Assembly (NCBI RefSeq): GCF_009914755.1
Contig: NC_060936.1
Origin: the human T2T-CHM13v2.0 reference genome, Homo sapiens
Length of the DNA stretch: 64,000 nucleotides
Reading direction: 5' to 3' (one strand)
The notes under the pieces were generated by a model. That model saw only the letters and a list, made by a program, of their open reading frames with translations, made no database searches and was not told where the DNA came from. A program made the position numbers and the translations under genes. Every line of letters starts with the position of its first letter. The stretch's first letter is position 1. Below, piece after piece: positions 18,831 through 32,089 of this stretch.

Positions 18831-20137
18831 CAGGAATTCCAGGTGAAAGAAGATAATTCTGGCTAAAGACATGGCCCACAAATGCCCTAAGTATGAAATA
18901 TTATCACTTGCTGGATTTACAAAGGCATGCTCTAACGTAAAGGCAATGTTGACTTAGTTAGATATTCTTAAATTCTCTAAAGATCTAAATTGACTTTAAA
19001 GTAACTTTGAAACAAAAATTTTTAAAGATTAAAATTGATGTATCTTTTTAGCTATTCTTATGATAGGTAAGTTTTGTTTTTATAGAAAATGTAAATAATG
19101 CAAACTGAGCTTCCTTATAATTACTAATCAGAATACAGAGTCATCCTGTAGAGAAACACTTTGGGATTTCAGGATATTAACCGATTTATAAACTTTGGAA
19201 AATTTATAAAGGTGGAAATGTCTTTTATTCCTTAATAGGTTGCTAGAGAATAAAACAGGAGTCTAAAAATTCTCCAAACACCCTCCTGTACAATTTCTGA
19301 AGGTGAATTCATGACCTAAGGAAAATGGGAGAAGAATACAAATGTTGCCCTGTCAGTAATGAAATTAAAACAGATGAAACAAAGACTGTCTCCTGACTCT
19401 TTTTTATTCGGGTAAGAAGGTTAACATGAAGATCCAGGCCAAGATGAAAGATAATGAACAATCATAATTAGAAATCTATTTGATATATTTTCTTTACTTT
19501 GATTCTGTTTAAAAGGAATAATGATTCATAATATATTCAGAGACTGGGTTTTTGCTGCTAGCTTATGATTCCATAAGGAATTAACTTATGATGGCAGCAT
19601 AGCCTACAGAGCTGCTGGTACCCTATTTGCTGGTTTCTTTGAGATTTTGCTTTTTTCTTCCTTATTTTTTAAATAAAATAAAAGTGTACATGCTCAAGGA
19701 TTTTTAAATTACATATAACCTTCAGATTTTCATTTCAGCATTTGTATTTATGAAATAATTGTTTTATGTGTGTGGTGAGTTACACAAAGATAAGTGAAAT
19801 TAAACAGAGTACATTTTTGTGAAAGCATATGTTTGGGGACTGGGAAGTCAACAAGCTCCCTGAAGTGAACAAAGCCTCCAGGATAACATGGAATGGGTAT
19901 TTCCCACATTACAACCAATGGAGCAGGGAATGGAAGCAGTTTGCTCAGAAATCAGTTGTAAAGAATAATTATTTCACAACGAGCTACTCTCCATGTCTCA
20001 GACATACTTAACAAAACTAAAGAGTATCCAACCCACGCCTAACCTCAATAATATGAAAATAATTATCCATATATACAGAGAATATGATTAAACCTATCCA
20101 GATAACTCAAATTAATAGCACATTTCCAGAAACAGGT

Positions 20138-20254
20138 TGCTGTGGTCTAAATGTGTCCCCCCGGCCAACTCCAAATTCATAAGTTGAAATCTCATCACTA
20201 ATGTGAAGGTACTAGGAGGTGAGGTCTTTTGTTACAGCAGCACAAACTAAGACA
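20138..20254 (+). mobile_element. Internally deleted MaLR LTR (MST/MLT1A-like)
   Basis: 5' end tgctgtggtctaaatgtgtccc fused to 3' end ttttgttacagcagcacaaactaagaca; degenerate TSD caggt/caaat. Confidence 0.75.
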
Positions 20255-21684
20255 CAAATTTGTCTAGATAATCACTTAAATTCTTCACTTCTTTGACATG
20301 ATTGAAACTGGATTCATAAGATTATACTGGAAAGCAGTGTGCAATAAATTATCTGGGCAATATCAGTAATAACCCAAATTCTTTACAAGGTTGCCCTGAA
20401 GACTCCCATAGCCATCCCCCATGCTCCTGTCATCCAGTTTTCTAATATTGTAAGAAGTTCAGAAATAGACTTTTATTCCCAGCTTCCAAAAGTTCTCTAT
20501 GCCTTTCAAAAAAGATTTTTTAAAACAATAGTTATCCAATAGCCATTGTTGAAAAATCAGTCAATTTATAATAAACCTTGTCTACATTTATCAGATTTAA
20601 TTTTTTTCCCAGTTACTAGAAAAAGCAGTGATTTTTCCCCCTAACAATCACCACCTCTATGGCATTTGGTCCCAACATGTACCTCCAAATGAACTTTTTC
20701 CCAGAATTCTTTTAAGTCATGCTATGATGAGTGATATCTGTAATTAAATCTTATCTTATTCAAACAGTTATCAAAGTCTTTCTCTTAATTTGTATAATAT
20801 AATTTGTATTTATATGTTATCTATGATTCTATGCTTTCTTAAAATATTAACATATTGACAGATTATTTCAGGTAATAAAATCATAATTTCTTCTTAGAAG
20901 TGTAACTGTTTCCCAGCAGAATCTGACTTCTCAATCATATTGGTATTTAGTAACATAGAGCCTTTTTATATAAAATTGACTTTTTATTTTCACTCTGTTC
21001 ACTTTGCATTTCCAAGTAATTCTAAATGTCCACCCTGCAGGGCTGATTCTGGCCAGGATCCATGGTCTTGACTTTTCCTAAATCAAATATAAGTCTGTAT
21101 CTATCAAAAGCTGGGAAAATCAAAGGGAAAAGGGACAACAAAAATGAATCCTTAAGGATGTGGTGAATTCTGTAAACCCATTTCTTAGAGTCAAAACCAA
21201 AACTTTGGCTTTTGGTTAATAATTATGTTGGAGGAGAAATTTCTGGAGCTTACGCAGTGAGATGATTAGGTTGAGAAGCTGAGGATATTGTAATGGCTAT
21301 CCAAAATTTGTCTGTGATACAAACAAAACTAATTTTTCTCTGCCTGAACATCTTTCCATTTCTAGTAACCCTCACAATATGTACCAGGCCAATCAAAATA
21401 CATTCTCTTGTCCAATTGATTCTTAAAAAGAAAACTTATTTATTGGAAAATTAGATTAGAAAATGTCTCTGCATCGCATGTAACTTTCCCTACCTCCTCA
21501 GTAAAAAAATAACTGATTTCCTATTAATGGAACTCCATAGGCTTATGGGTCCCACTGATGTAGATAATGAAAATAGCTAATACAAAAAAAATCTTAAAAT
21601 TAGCCTTGATGCCTGAACATCACTGAGTCCTCAAATTTATTTTCTGAGGAAGCCTCCTGAATTAGGAGAGATTAGGCTTGGTAG

Positions 21685-22120
21685 TGCTAAAAAAATTATT
21701 CTGATACTTGTTAAACTGATAAGGAAGACTTTATTCAAGACTATTGCAATAGGTATCAAGATGATCACAATAGAGAAAATAAATAGAAAAGATAGCTGAG
21801 GATCTATAACCAACTAGCGGAGAAAGGGGGATCAATAGATGGAAAATTATTGAGACATTAAGGGTAGAAGAATTCTTTCTAAACTGACTTAAGAGTCTTG
21901 CTTAAGACAGGTCAAGGATTTATACATCAAAGGTGGGAGATGAAGAACTTGAACATTTATAGAGGATTATCAGATATCAAAAGTTGAGGGGAGTCTCACT
22001 AAACTGACTTAGCAGGATTCTTGCCCAGAAAGAACAGGACAGAAAGGAAGGCCAAGGATGAGACCTACTCAAGAAGAGGACTCGGAGGAACCTAAAGTTG
22101 GTCAAGAAGAGAGTCTGTCA
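21685..22120 (-). mobile_element. MER31-like ERV1 solo LTR
   Basis: Ends in aaagttggtcaagaagagagtctgtca; repeated ctaaactgactta motif; gactttattcaagactattgcaatagg. Confidence 0.75.
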
Positions 22121-22124
22121 ATAA

Positions 22125-22610
22125 TATGTTTTAGGGTCCAAAATGACAATACTTCAACAAAATATAGATTCATTTTCCTTTAATCTCAGCCTGGGGCTAA
22201 AATAAAGCTTCGTCACTTAAGGAAAACAGGCTGTTTTTAGCGTGTGGCTCTCTCATCCTGAAGACATGGCTTACAATTCATGGTTCAAAATGGCTGCTTG
22301 ACTTCTAGCAAAGAGGATACACATTCCAGCCAGAAGAAAGAAGAAAAAAGTGAAGAAGTCTACTCTTATTCCATAAGCTTATTTCCTGGAATTCACACAT
22401 ACTTTATCCCCTTATAGTCTCATAATCAGACTATAGCCCAATAAACATTTTCATCTTCAAAAGATGCTAGGGAATATAGAATTTATTTTGACTAGCTGTA
22501 TCGCCAGCTAAAAGAGATGAGGAATTCTACTATTAAGAAATAGAGGGTGAATATATATTTGGGAAAAGAGTTAATGGATATTTGGAGACAACTAGCTGCT
22601 TCTGTTACAA
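22125..22610 (-). mobile_element. Old MLT1 (J/K-like) LTR
   Basis: catggttcaaaatggctgct...cacattccagccagaag...ggatatttggagacaactagc...tctgttaca. Confidence 0.6.
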
Positions 22611-23014
22611 AATCAAAAACAGTGGTAGAGAAAGTGCCTTCAGAACAAGCAAAAGACACCCTCACTAACAGTTCTTTTTCATAAACTCAACAAGAGCTTT
22701 ATGCATCAAATATTTGCCTTTTTTTTCTGAAAACCTGGAGCAAAGAATATCAACTGAGATGAGAACGGAAGATTCAGTGGTTTACCAAGATAAACTCCAC
22801 TTCTGTCATCAACAAAGATAAAAGTTTCCTGTTACTGGCTTCGATTTCACTTTAAAATCATGATAAGTGCTTTGATACAATGTCTTCTGTTGCCCCAATA
22901 ATATTATTTTGTAGAAAATACAAGATGCAGGCACAAGAACAGACTTAAAAATACATTGAATTGAGGGAGGGGAGTATCATCTATTATAAAAAGTCTATCT
23001 CATAACTTTTCTTA

Positions 23015-24345
23015 TAATTTCAATGATCTATGCTACTTAACAAAACACTCTGCAAACCTAATGACTTAAATAATAGCCACTACCCTTATTTGATCATTAC
23101 ACATTGCATACCGGTATTAAAATATTACATATAACCCCAAATAAGTACAACTATTATTTATGAATTAAAACCAAACAATAGCCATATTATTTGCCCATGA
23201 TTCTTTGGTTAATGAAATCAGGCAGGACTCAGCAGTCTTGATTCATCTCTGTTCCATTTGGTTCTGGCTAATGTGGCTATCCTGGGGCAGGAGGATTCAA
23301 CTTGACCTCACTCCCCTATCAGCCTGCAACTCTGGGGCTGGTTGCGAACTGGGACACCCAAGCTCTCCTCTATCTACATAGTTTCTCTCTCATGTTTTGT
23401 CATCTTCTAGGTTCTCTGTATGTACATTTCAGAAGGATAACCCAAACTTCTTCATATAGAAAGCATCTGTGAAGAAAGTGCATATGAAGATGAAAGAATT
23501 CTTGACGCATTAAACCAGAATTCAAACAGTATTCTTGCACCATATCTAACTGGTCAAAGCAAACTACTAGGCCAGCCTAGATTTACGGGACAGGAAATAG
23601 ATTCCACCTCTTGCTGGGAAGAATGGCATATACATGTAAGGTTGGATGCAATTGGTAGTGGGCATTTTTTGCAGATAGTCAGACTTGTAGCCACAATAGT
23701 TTATAACCTTATCCCCAGTCAGAATACACTGACTACCTCCTAAAGCGACAAAGTCTCACCCAATTAGTCAGACTTGAGGTCCAGTATCTTGTGATCTACA
23801 TCAAGTCTGGATGTGACTATGGCTTATCTTGATCTGATAACCTAAAAATAAAAGTTTATTTCTCTTCTCCTGACCCACACAAAGAACATGCAAAGGGCAG
23901 TGCAGCTCATCTCTACTGCACATATAAGTGGCTTGAATGGTTCTACCATTGTTGGATTATTCAATATGGCCTCACCTACTTATCTGGGGGACTTGGTGCT
24001 AGTTTTGTATTAGGGTATCTTGGTTCTTCTCCTGGTGCCTTTCTCCATCCTGTGATCTCTCACCCTCTAGGGCTTTTCTTTCTCCACATAGCCACATAGG
24101 AAGAAGATCCTAGACTTCTTTATAAAAATGCTGGTTTCCAAAAAATAAAATAGAAAACTTACATGAAGCCAAAAAGTCATACGATATCACTTTCACCACA
24201 TTCTTTCTGTCAAATCAAGTAAAGTCCAGCCCAGACTCAAGAACAGAGGGAGATAAATGCCTCTGCTTGATGGGAGGAACACTGTCAATATATAGAAATG
24301 AAAAGAATTGTCAGCAGCCATCTTTGCAGACAACCCACCAAGTTA
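23015..24345 (-). mobile_element. Old MLT1 element: LTR, short internal remnant, second partial LTR
   Basis: Two similar LTR-like blocks (~23015-23690 and ~23900-24345; compare ccagcctagattt...cacctcttgctgggaag with ccagcccagactc...gcctctgcttgatgggagg) separated by ~200 bp. Confidence 0.55.
23080..23172 (+). mobile_element. Severely 5'-truncated L1MA-type 3' tail nested in MLT1
   Basis: tacccttatttgatcattacacattgcata...tacaactattatttatgaattaaaa, flanked by TSD aaa(t/c)aatagcca (23068-23079 / 23173-23184). Confidence 0.75.
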
Positions 24346-25304
24346 ATCTTCAGGCCTTCATGTTCACTCAAAAAACTCTATATTTTTTTCACTTTTGCCT
24401 AAAAGAAGACTTGGGGGGCCTTTTCATCATTTCCTCTTACACATTTTTGACACAACCCAGAACCTCTTTATATACTCTATGTTTGATCAGCACCATATCA
24501 TTGGGGTTTTTTTTTTTTGCCCCATCCCATATTGATTTACCTATCAAAGAATATTTCAAGACATGTATGCACAATGATTAATATTTTAATATCAAATTCC
24601 TGTATAAGAATACTCATTAATGTAAGGTACTAAGACAAAACATGATAGAATAAATAGTGAGGTATATGTAAAAGGAGAGAGCTTCTGAAAATTATTTGCA
24701 TCCCATTATAGCAGTTTAGGATTATATCTTCCTTAGAGAAATATAGTAGAATACCAAATTACTCAACTTATAGGAATTTCAAACCCATATTTTAATAACT
24801 TACTGTAATAGAACATAATAAGGGCATTAAATTGCATTATTGGAACTAAAAAAAGTTATGATGTAAACTTAAGCTACCTTAGTCAGAGTCATGTCCACAG
24901 GCCAAGAAGAAAGATTTCCTCTGAATTTTGTTCTGTTCAGAGTACATATGTAATATTTTGCCAAGTCCTAGGATTATATTCAAAAAAGAACACGGATAAT
25001 GACAAGATGGTCACTGAGGTAATCTTAAAAGAATGTGTTATGATTTTTGCATTTGAATTTATATTACAGAAGAATGAGAAATAAGGTAGTTATATTCTTA
25101 CTTATAGGCTTATGTAAATAGTAATACTGTGTGTCGTTTCAGAAAGTTAGTGAAAATCAGTGGTAGAAATTTCAAATCAGTATATTGCCTCTCAAATTAA
25201 GGAAGCTTTAGACCACCAGAGGCACAAAACAGATTAGACTTCAGGTAATAATTTAATAGTCACAAAAGCTATATTTCTAGTTTGAAAACTGGCATGGCAT
25301 AGAA

Positions 25305-25385
25305 ATACGTACATATATATGTATGTATACATTATATGTATGTAATACATACATATTATACATATGTATAAATTTGTATGTATGA
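25305..25385. repeat. (TA/TATG)n low-complexity microsatellite
   Basis: acatatatatgtatgtatacattatatgtatgtaatacatacatattatacatatgtata. Confidence 0.85.
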
Positions 25386-26894
25386 AATAGTGAATACCCA
25401 CCTAAAAGGGCAAGATGGGAAAAGAATTCCTCAATGAGCAGTAGGAATGAATAAAAATAATGAGTAAAAATAATGAAAATAATCTCTAAATTATTTCCTA
25501 ACTTTGTAATCCTATGATTTGCAAAGGAGACAGAGTCTCCTTGTATCCCATCTAAAAATGTTAATCAGTGAAAGAAACAAAAAGGTCATGTTATAAAACC
25601 GTCTAATATTCTGCCAGTCTGTGCCTTTGAGGAAATTATAGCACACCACCAGCACAACAGCCATGAAAGGAATGTTGGAATAGTAATGACGTTTTCTTCA
25701 TACTATCTATCATTTCAATTCTTCTCATGATTTTTTTTCTTTAGATGTGTTTATAATAAGGTGTATGCCTTTTAAAATTTTTATTCCATTTTCATGCTTA
25801 TTAAAACTCATGTGCTACCAGCCAATGACCATATCTACTTTTCTCTATATTAAGCTAAGTAAAAACCAAATAAATGTTAACTCAAGATTATTTAAGATTA
25901 TTTTATCTTAGATGATTATTTCAGTTTTTCTATAATGTCATGCATTAAAACTAATATTTCAAGCCTGGATAATTCAATATAAGAAGATGCTTATTATCAA
26001 TGTATAAACACATATACATTCTCTTTCACACATTATATATATACCGTAATTTCACAGATATGTGATTTCACAGAAGAAATGGATCCTATCTTTCTCCAAT
26101 CTCTAACATTGAAGATATTAATTTAATAGCAAAAGTGAAATTAACCATACAATATCTCAGAAAAAAAGAGACCCATTAAAGCTCATGAAAGTTTTATTCT
26201 GAAATAATTTTTGGAACTACAGGAGTCTGGATTAAAATAAATAAGCATTTGAGAAGTGCCAGCTTCATCTTTCAGATGCACAGTTTTACTTTTGTTGTGG
26301 TACATTGTACTTAGGTAGAGATAACTGAGAAATTTTACTTTTATGGGTCAATATTAGAATTCTTGTCCATCATACATGTAGGCATACATAATACTGCTCC
26401 TTGGATGCAGAAGATAATAATAATCAATATTTACTCTTATACCTACTATCAATATTTCAAACTGAAATTTCTTGGAGTTAATGTAGGGAAGTTTCTCTTT
26501 TCTCCCCTGTGAAAGGATAGCATTTGTAAATACACTTGACAGATCATTGGCAGTGTACCACCTATAAAACTGTCTTTATAGAAGTTATGTTTGCTTTACC
26601 AACCAACAATTTATTATTCTTGTCAATAAATTTCCATTAAAATATTTTCCTGAAGTTGAAATTTTCAAAGCAGAATAAAGACTGTTTTATTGACCCATTC
26701 ATTTATACTATTAAAACTGGTATCTTGACTGGCATGAATCAAATAATCATTTATCGAGTAGAAGAAGCATAAATAGGACATTGCATAATATATATGAAAC
26801 ACTTTAAAAATAAATCAGTGAATTTAAACCTCATTTAAACTATAAATTAGAGCACTCATCATCAAAAATCAGAAAAAGGGGTTATTAAGTAATT

Positions 26895-27135
26895 TTAGTG
26901 TAAGGTTAAAAGCACAGCCTCTGAATATGAGATAAAATAGCTCTGCTTCTTAAAAATTATATAACCCTGGGAAAGTTCATTTCTTTCAGCCTTAGTTGCT
27001 TGAAATGTCAATATGAAAGCCAATACTAAACTCTTAGGTCATTATGTGCATTAAATTAGATAATATACATATGTTGCTAAACTCAAAACATGGCAAACAA
27101 TAAGCTCTCAATACATGGCAACCATTAGTAGTAGC
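26895..27135 (+). mobile_element. MIR
   Basis: tagtgtaaggttaaaagcacagcctctg...ccctgggaaagt...cattaaattagataatatacat...taagctctcaataca. Confidence 0.6.
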
Positions 27136-27999
27136 AATTCAAAATTGCACTATTCTCATAACAAGCAAGTAAAATTATCCAGCTAGTTATAAATAGAAAA
27201 TGAATTGAAATATTGCTAATTTAGGCTAGTTCTCCTGAGATAGTCCATTTTTGCCTAGGTTATCTAAACACAGCATCCATATTTCACTTTACAGTCCTAG
27301 CTAATGGCATAATTTTAATAAGCTGTTTCAAATGCACTTACTCAGCTCCACTCCTGAATTCACAGGACAGAGGTCAGTTACAAGGTTATGGTGAGAAACT
27401 ACCCATGGATTTCAGCTGGATTACCATAATTTGCCTTCATCTCTACAAAAAAAAGTAAAGTACGGATTTTTACCTCCTTCCTTCCTACAGAGAAAATATT
27501 GTATCACCCTAAGGAGCCAAAAGAAAAATAAATGTCCTTTTGTCTTTTCTTATTAGCAACTTTAATTTCAGGGTTAAAGAAAGATTGGTTGGGCAAAAAA
27601 GACACTCTAAGTAAAATGATTTTAGAAGATATTGAATAAAAAGTATATTTTCCACAAAATATTTAATGACATCATACATAAATCATCACACTAAAACCCA
27701 AATTGTAAATCAACTCAGGGGAAGTTACAAAGGTTAGAGCTTAGACAAGTAATAAATGAGGAGAGTATCTTCATTACCTTAAGGGGAGGTGTTGTATCAC
27801 GACGAAGGTTTTCTGCAGATCTGATTTATTAGTGCTTTCAAGCAAAAATGTACTAAGAATCTTGTTCATAAAATTCTCCAGCTGTTAATTCATGCTGTTC
27901 TATTTGCATGGATGCTGTGTGTGTATATTTGATTCCTGACCACAGATTTTCCATTAAAAGTAACATGCAATCTTTTTCCTAAGTAGCAGAGAATCACAG

Positions 28000-28372
28000 T
28001 GATATGGTTTGGCTGTGTCCTCACCTAAATCTCATCTTGAATTGTAGTTTTCATAGTCCCCACATGTGGTGGACGGGAACCAGTGGGAGGTAACTGAATC
28101 ATGGGGGCAGTTCCCCCCATGCTATTCTCATGATAGTAAGTTCTCACGAGATCTGATGGTTTTATAAGTGGCTTCTCCTTTCACTCGGCTCTTACTCTTC
28201 TCCTTCCTGCCACCATGTAAAGAAGTATGTGTTTGCTTCCCCTTCCACCATGACTGTAAGTTTCCTGAGGCCTCCCCAGCCGTATGGAACTGTCAGTCAA
28301 TCAAACATCTTTCCCTTATAATTTACCCAGTCTTGGGCAGTTCTTTATAGCAGCATGAGAATGGACTAAAAA
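28000..28372 (+). mobile_element. THE1 (C/D-like) MaLR solo LTR
   Basis: tgatatggtttggctgtgtcc...gtaagtttcctgaggcctccccagcc...gcagttctttatagcagcatgagaatggactaa; TSD cacag/catag. Confidence 0.92.
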
Positions 28373-28489
28373 CATAGGAATTTTACACATCATTGTTCTC
28401 CGTTTTAACTCTGTTCAAGAGGGTTACTCAATATCTGTATTTCAAATTCTGTAAGTACTGTGGTGTGCAGCTGCATTTCACATCAAAAT

Positions 28490-28830
28490 GAAAGAAGCCA
28501 CCATCTCTCCTTGTCACCCAAGCTCAAAATGTTAGAATTATTTTTTATTCTCTTGCAACCCCAACCCCATTTAGCTATTTGTCCAGTCTTGTCAATCTCA
28601 CCTCCAACACATCTCTCATGTTGACCCTCTCTTTTCCAGGCTGTCTGAAAAAATAAGAATGCAGATCACATGACCTTTTGCCTGTTATTACCATGGTGTC
28701 CTAAGTGGTTTTTCTAACATCCAGCTTCCCCTTATCTAGCACATTCTTTTTACAAAGTTTAGTCTTCCTAAAATACCTCACTGATCACACCACTTATCTG
28801 ATCCAAAGTTTTTATAGGTTCCCTGTGGCG
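28490..28830 (+). mobile_element. L2 remnant
   Basis: caccatctc...gtcacccaagctcaaaatgttagaattattttttattctc...ctgatcacaccactt. Confidence 0.5.
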
Positions 28831-29659
28831 GAAAAGAGCTTATTATAGATTCAACACGTAGTCGGAGCTCAGAGAAATTAGGAATCTATAAGCCTCACAT
28901 TATTTAATTCATACAATAATTCTGTGTCAGGAAAATACAAATGTTAACATATGTATTATTACTTAAGGTTGTAAACTGGATGTTTATGGAGGTGATAATT
29001 AACTTGCTATGACATCACTGAACTAGAGCTAATTAGTTCACCCTCCGTCAAAGGACTTTGGATACTCTTTTGAACACAGGTGAGGCAGAGTTGTGAAAAA
29101 AAGTGCTTAAAGGTAAAATGAACATATTTCAATAGATTAATATCAAATCAAAAAGCAGAACTTTCATTTGCCAACACAGCTCTTATGACACATCTCAAAT
29201 CTAAACCATTTCCTAAATGCTCTCCTCTCATTCTTTTCAAACAGTATCATGATACCTTTGTACTTTCCTCTCCCAGATGTAAATTTTAAGGGAAACACAG
29301 AATTTTAAACTAACCCTATATATAGAAGAGAAAGCAGGGAAGGTCCACATATGTTAAGTTTGAGATTTTGGTTTCTGGTTTGACTTCTGGTTTTGCTTGC
29401 ATATTTTTCTTCTGTTTTGCTTTTCAGTGAAATTTCTACTGCTATTAGATAGGTTATTTAAAATGTTATTATGCAGAATTAGAAGAAAATAAGAGAATGA
29501 AGGGAATAAAAAAACAAGAGACTGCTTGTGTAGGCACATGCCTAGACTGCTTGTGTAGGCTAATGTCTAGGAAAGGAAATGACTCAAGAAATTTGGATAA
29601 ACTAGAAATGTAACAAAAGTAGATGTGACAATCTAGTTTAGTGGAATATGTTGCCTGAG

Positions 29660-30025
29660 GTCTCCTTTGGACTGTTCTTCTGGAACTATCAACAAAGATG
29701 CCTTCTCTTCTTTCTGGAATTATACATTATAAAGCCAATGTAAGCTTGAGCTGCATGCAGCTATTTTCCCTGATGGCACAGACCTAGCCCTCTTAAATTG
29801 GAGAAGATGAGACCATGCAGAGAAAATGAGGCCAGGGATGGAGGGAAAACCCCCAAAACATAAGATTTTTCAGTCAACTATGTGGACCAGTTTATCCCAT
29901 TGACTTTTCAGTGTAATGAACTAAAAGTAGTTCAGTGTAATGAACTATTCTTTTACTTTTAAACTTAACCTGTTTTAAATTATTTTTCCGGATCCTGTAG
30001 TTGAAATAATTCTAATTAACACTGA
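29660..30025 (+). mobile_element. Old MLT1 LTR fragment
   Basis: tgtaagcttgagctgcatgcagctatttt...gacttttcagtgtaatgaactaa...ttctaattaacac. Confidence 0.5.
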
Positions 30026-30929
30026 AATAAAAAGACACTTGGGTGTTTATTACAATGGGTGTGTGTATGAATTGAGTAAATCAAAGAGAAATGAATTATT
30101 TTGAATATATTTTTCATTGCTGGACTATGTTCCATTAATAACAGCACTGCTCTGGGAATAGACCTTGCAGATTAATGTTTTAGTAAAGTTAGAAATTAGA
30201 TATAGTCTAATTGTTAAAGCATAAAACTTTTATTTAACAAGAGTTGGGGTTGATTTCTGGCTCTCATTTATTTGTCCCATGGTGTCATGAAACTCCCTGA
30301 ACTCTCCAAGGCACAGATCTCTAAAATATCAGATAAGTCCAGGAAGTTGCACTAGACAATGGCCAATATTTTATTGAAAAAGCCGCTCAATTATTATTTT
30401 TTTGCCTATTTCAAAGCATTTTTTTCTAACAAAATGTTAAAGAAATTTTGCCTTATTAGCCTATGAGGAGTTACTAACATGGGAGCGCTAACCATCTTTG
30501 AACTTTGTAACTCCTGTTTTATTATCCTGAAGTTCTCCCTACTTCTGAAACTAAGAAAAGCAAGGTTGGTTCTGTTCTCCATAATGGCCTCTGAAAATGC
30601 AAAGTTTCCCCATGACTATAAGTATTTGCTTTTCTGAGATCTCTAGATTAGTTGATGCTTGTAGCACTGATAATTCCTCATTCCTGGAAAATTTGGCTTT
30701 ACCATTTCTACACCCATAACAAAAAGTATTAATTGTTTAGTGTAACAGTCTTCTGTGACTGGTCCCAACCTATCTTGCCAATCTCATGTATCACTGCTCT
30801 CCCTACTTTACATAAACTTGTGTAATCTCTGTTCACAGCACAAATCCCGGGCTGTCCCGATTGTCAGTTTTCATGATGTTCCGTCATTCAGAATATCCAT
30901 TTATTCACATCTGTACACATAAGAGACTG

Positions 30930-31140
30930 GTCACTGGAATTTGACCTCCTAGTTAAAAATCCTGATGCTGTTATTATTTTTTCGTAATTTAACCTCTCTG
31001 TATCTCAGTTTACTCATTTGTACATGAGAATAATAATAGTCCTTCTTCAGAGGGTCCTTAGAATTGAGATAGATAATAAATTGCTGGCACCTAATTAACA
31101 CTCGTTGTTAGCCATCATCATCATCATCGCTGTTATTATT
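30930..31140 (+). mobile_element. MIR
   Basis: Core motif tttaacctctctgtatctcagtttactcatttgtacatgagaataataatagt. Confidence 0.75.
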
Positions 31141-31972
31141 CTCCAAGGCCTAGCACAATGTCTCACTTAAAAATTTTGCCTTTTTAAATGGAAAGAAAAA
31201 AAGCTTTTGTCTAAGAATCCTCATAGTTCTATCGTTCTTAGGCAGGGAAATCTTATTTGAAAAGATGGGTAAGAGGTATAAATTCAAAGATCTTTCAGCA
31301 AAGTAGCTCTCCACTCCTGTCACCCCTTTCTAAAGTAGAATATAACCTGTATAATAATTACAATAAATATATTTGACTTTCCCTTGTTTTTCTACTAGTT
31401 CAAACCATGGTGATCATAATCTTGGCTGCCCTTTGGACTCACATGCTGCCACTCAAATCTGTTAGTCTCAGGTGTTTTTATTTGTTGTTTTCATGTATCT
31501 TTTTTGTGGTCTGATGATTATTAATCTCATCTTTATGGCACAAAGAAAATTGAAAGAGAAGACTACAATCCAGTATTTTTAGTTCTCAACCAGATGCCTA
31601 CCACTGCTATAAGTTGAGGGAGACATGGAAAGGAGTTATTCTATCTAAGAACTCCAAACATCAGGGTAGTGTCCAGGTGAACCAGAGTGAATCACAGAAA
31701 GCTCTGGTTGAGTTAGTGGCAGAAATTTTCTATTACCAAGGAATGCCATTCTTTTGTATCTCTTGTATACAAGTTAAGGGTTTTTCATAAACTCCTCATT
31801 TAAAAACCCTGTCCTAGGCCCTTAGCTGATCATGGCCCTCTAGATGCCATACTTCAAATGGCAAAGAAAAAGAGAAGATGAGTCCCAAGACCTAGGATTA
31901 GCCAAGCTTAAGGGAGGCACAGCTAGGCATTTCCAGGTGGGGTTAACCATCCCAAGCAGAACCTGGGTAGTT

Positions 31973-31986
31973 GTTTCCATAGCAAC
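31973..31986. promoter_or_regulatory. Candidate RFX X-box
   Basis: GTTTCCATAGCAAC matches the near-palindromic X-box pattern GTTNCC-AT-RGNAAC, in apparently non-repetitive DNA. Motif match only. Confidence 0.35.
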
Positions 31987-32089
31987 CAGCTGTGAGAAGC
32001 CAGAGCAATCTGAAACCTGTGAATTCCCAAACACTACATCTAAATGTTCATGCTGCGAAGACTTCATGGCTTCTATTCTCTTAAAATGA

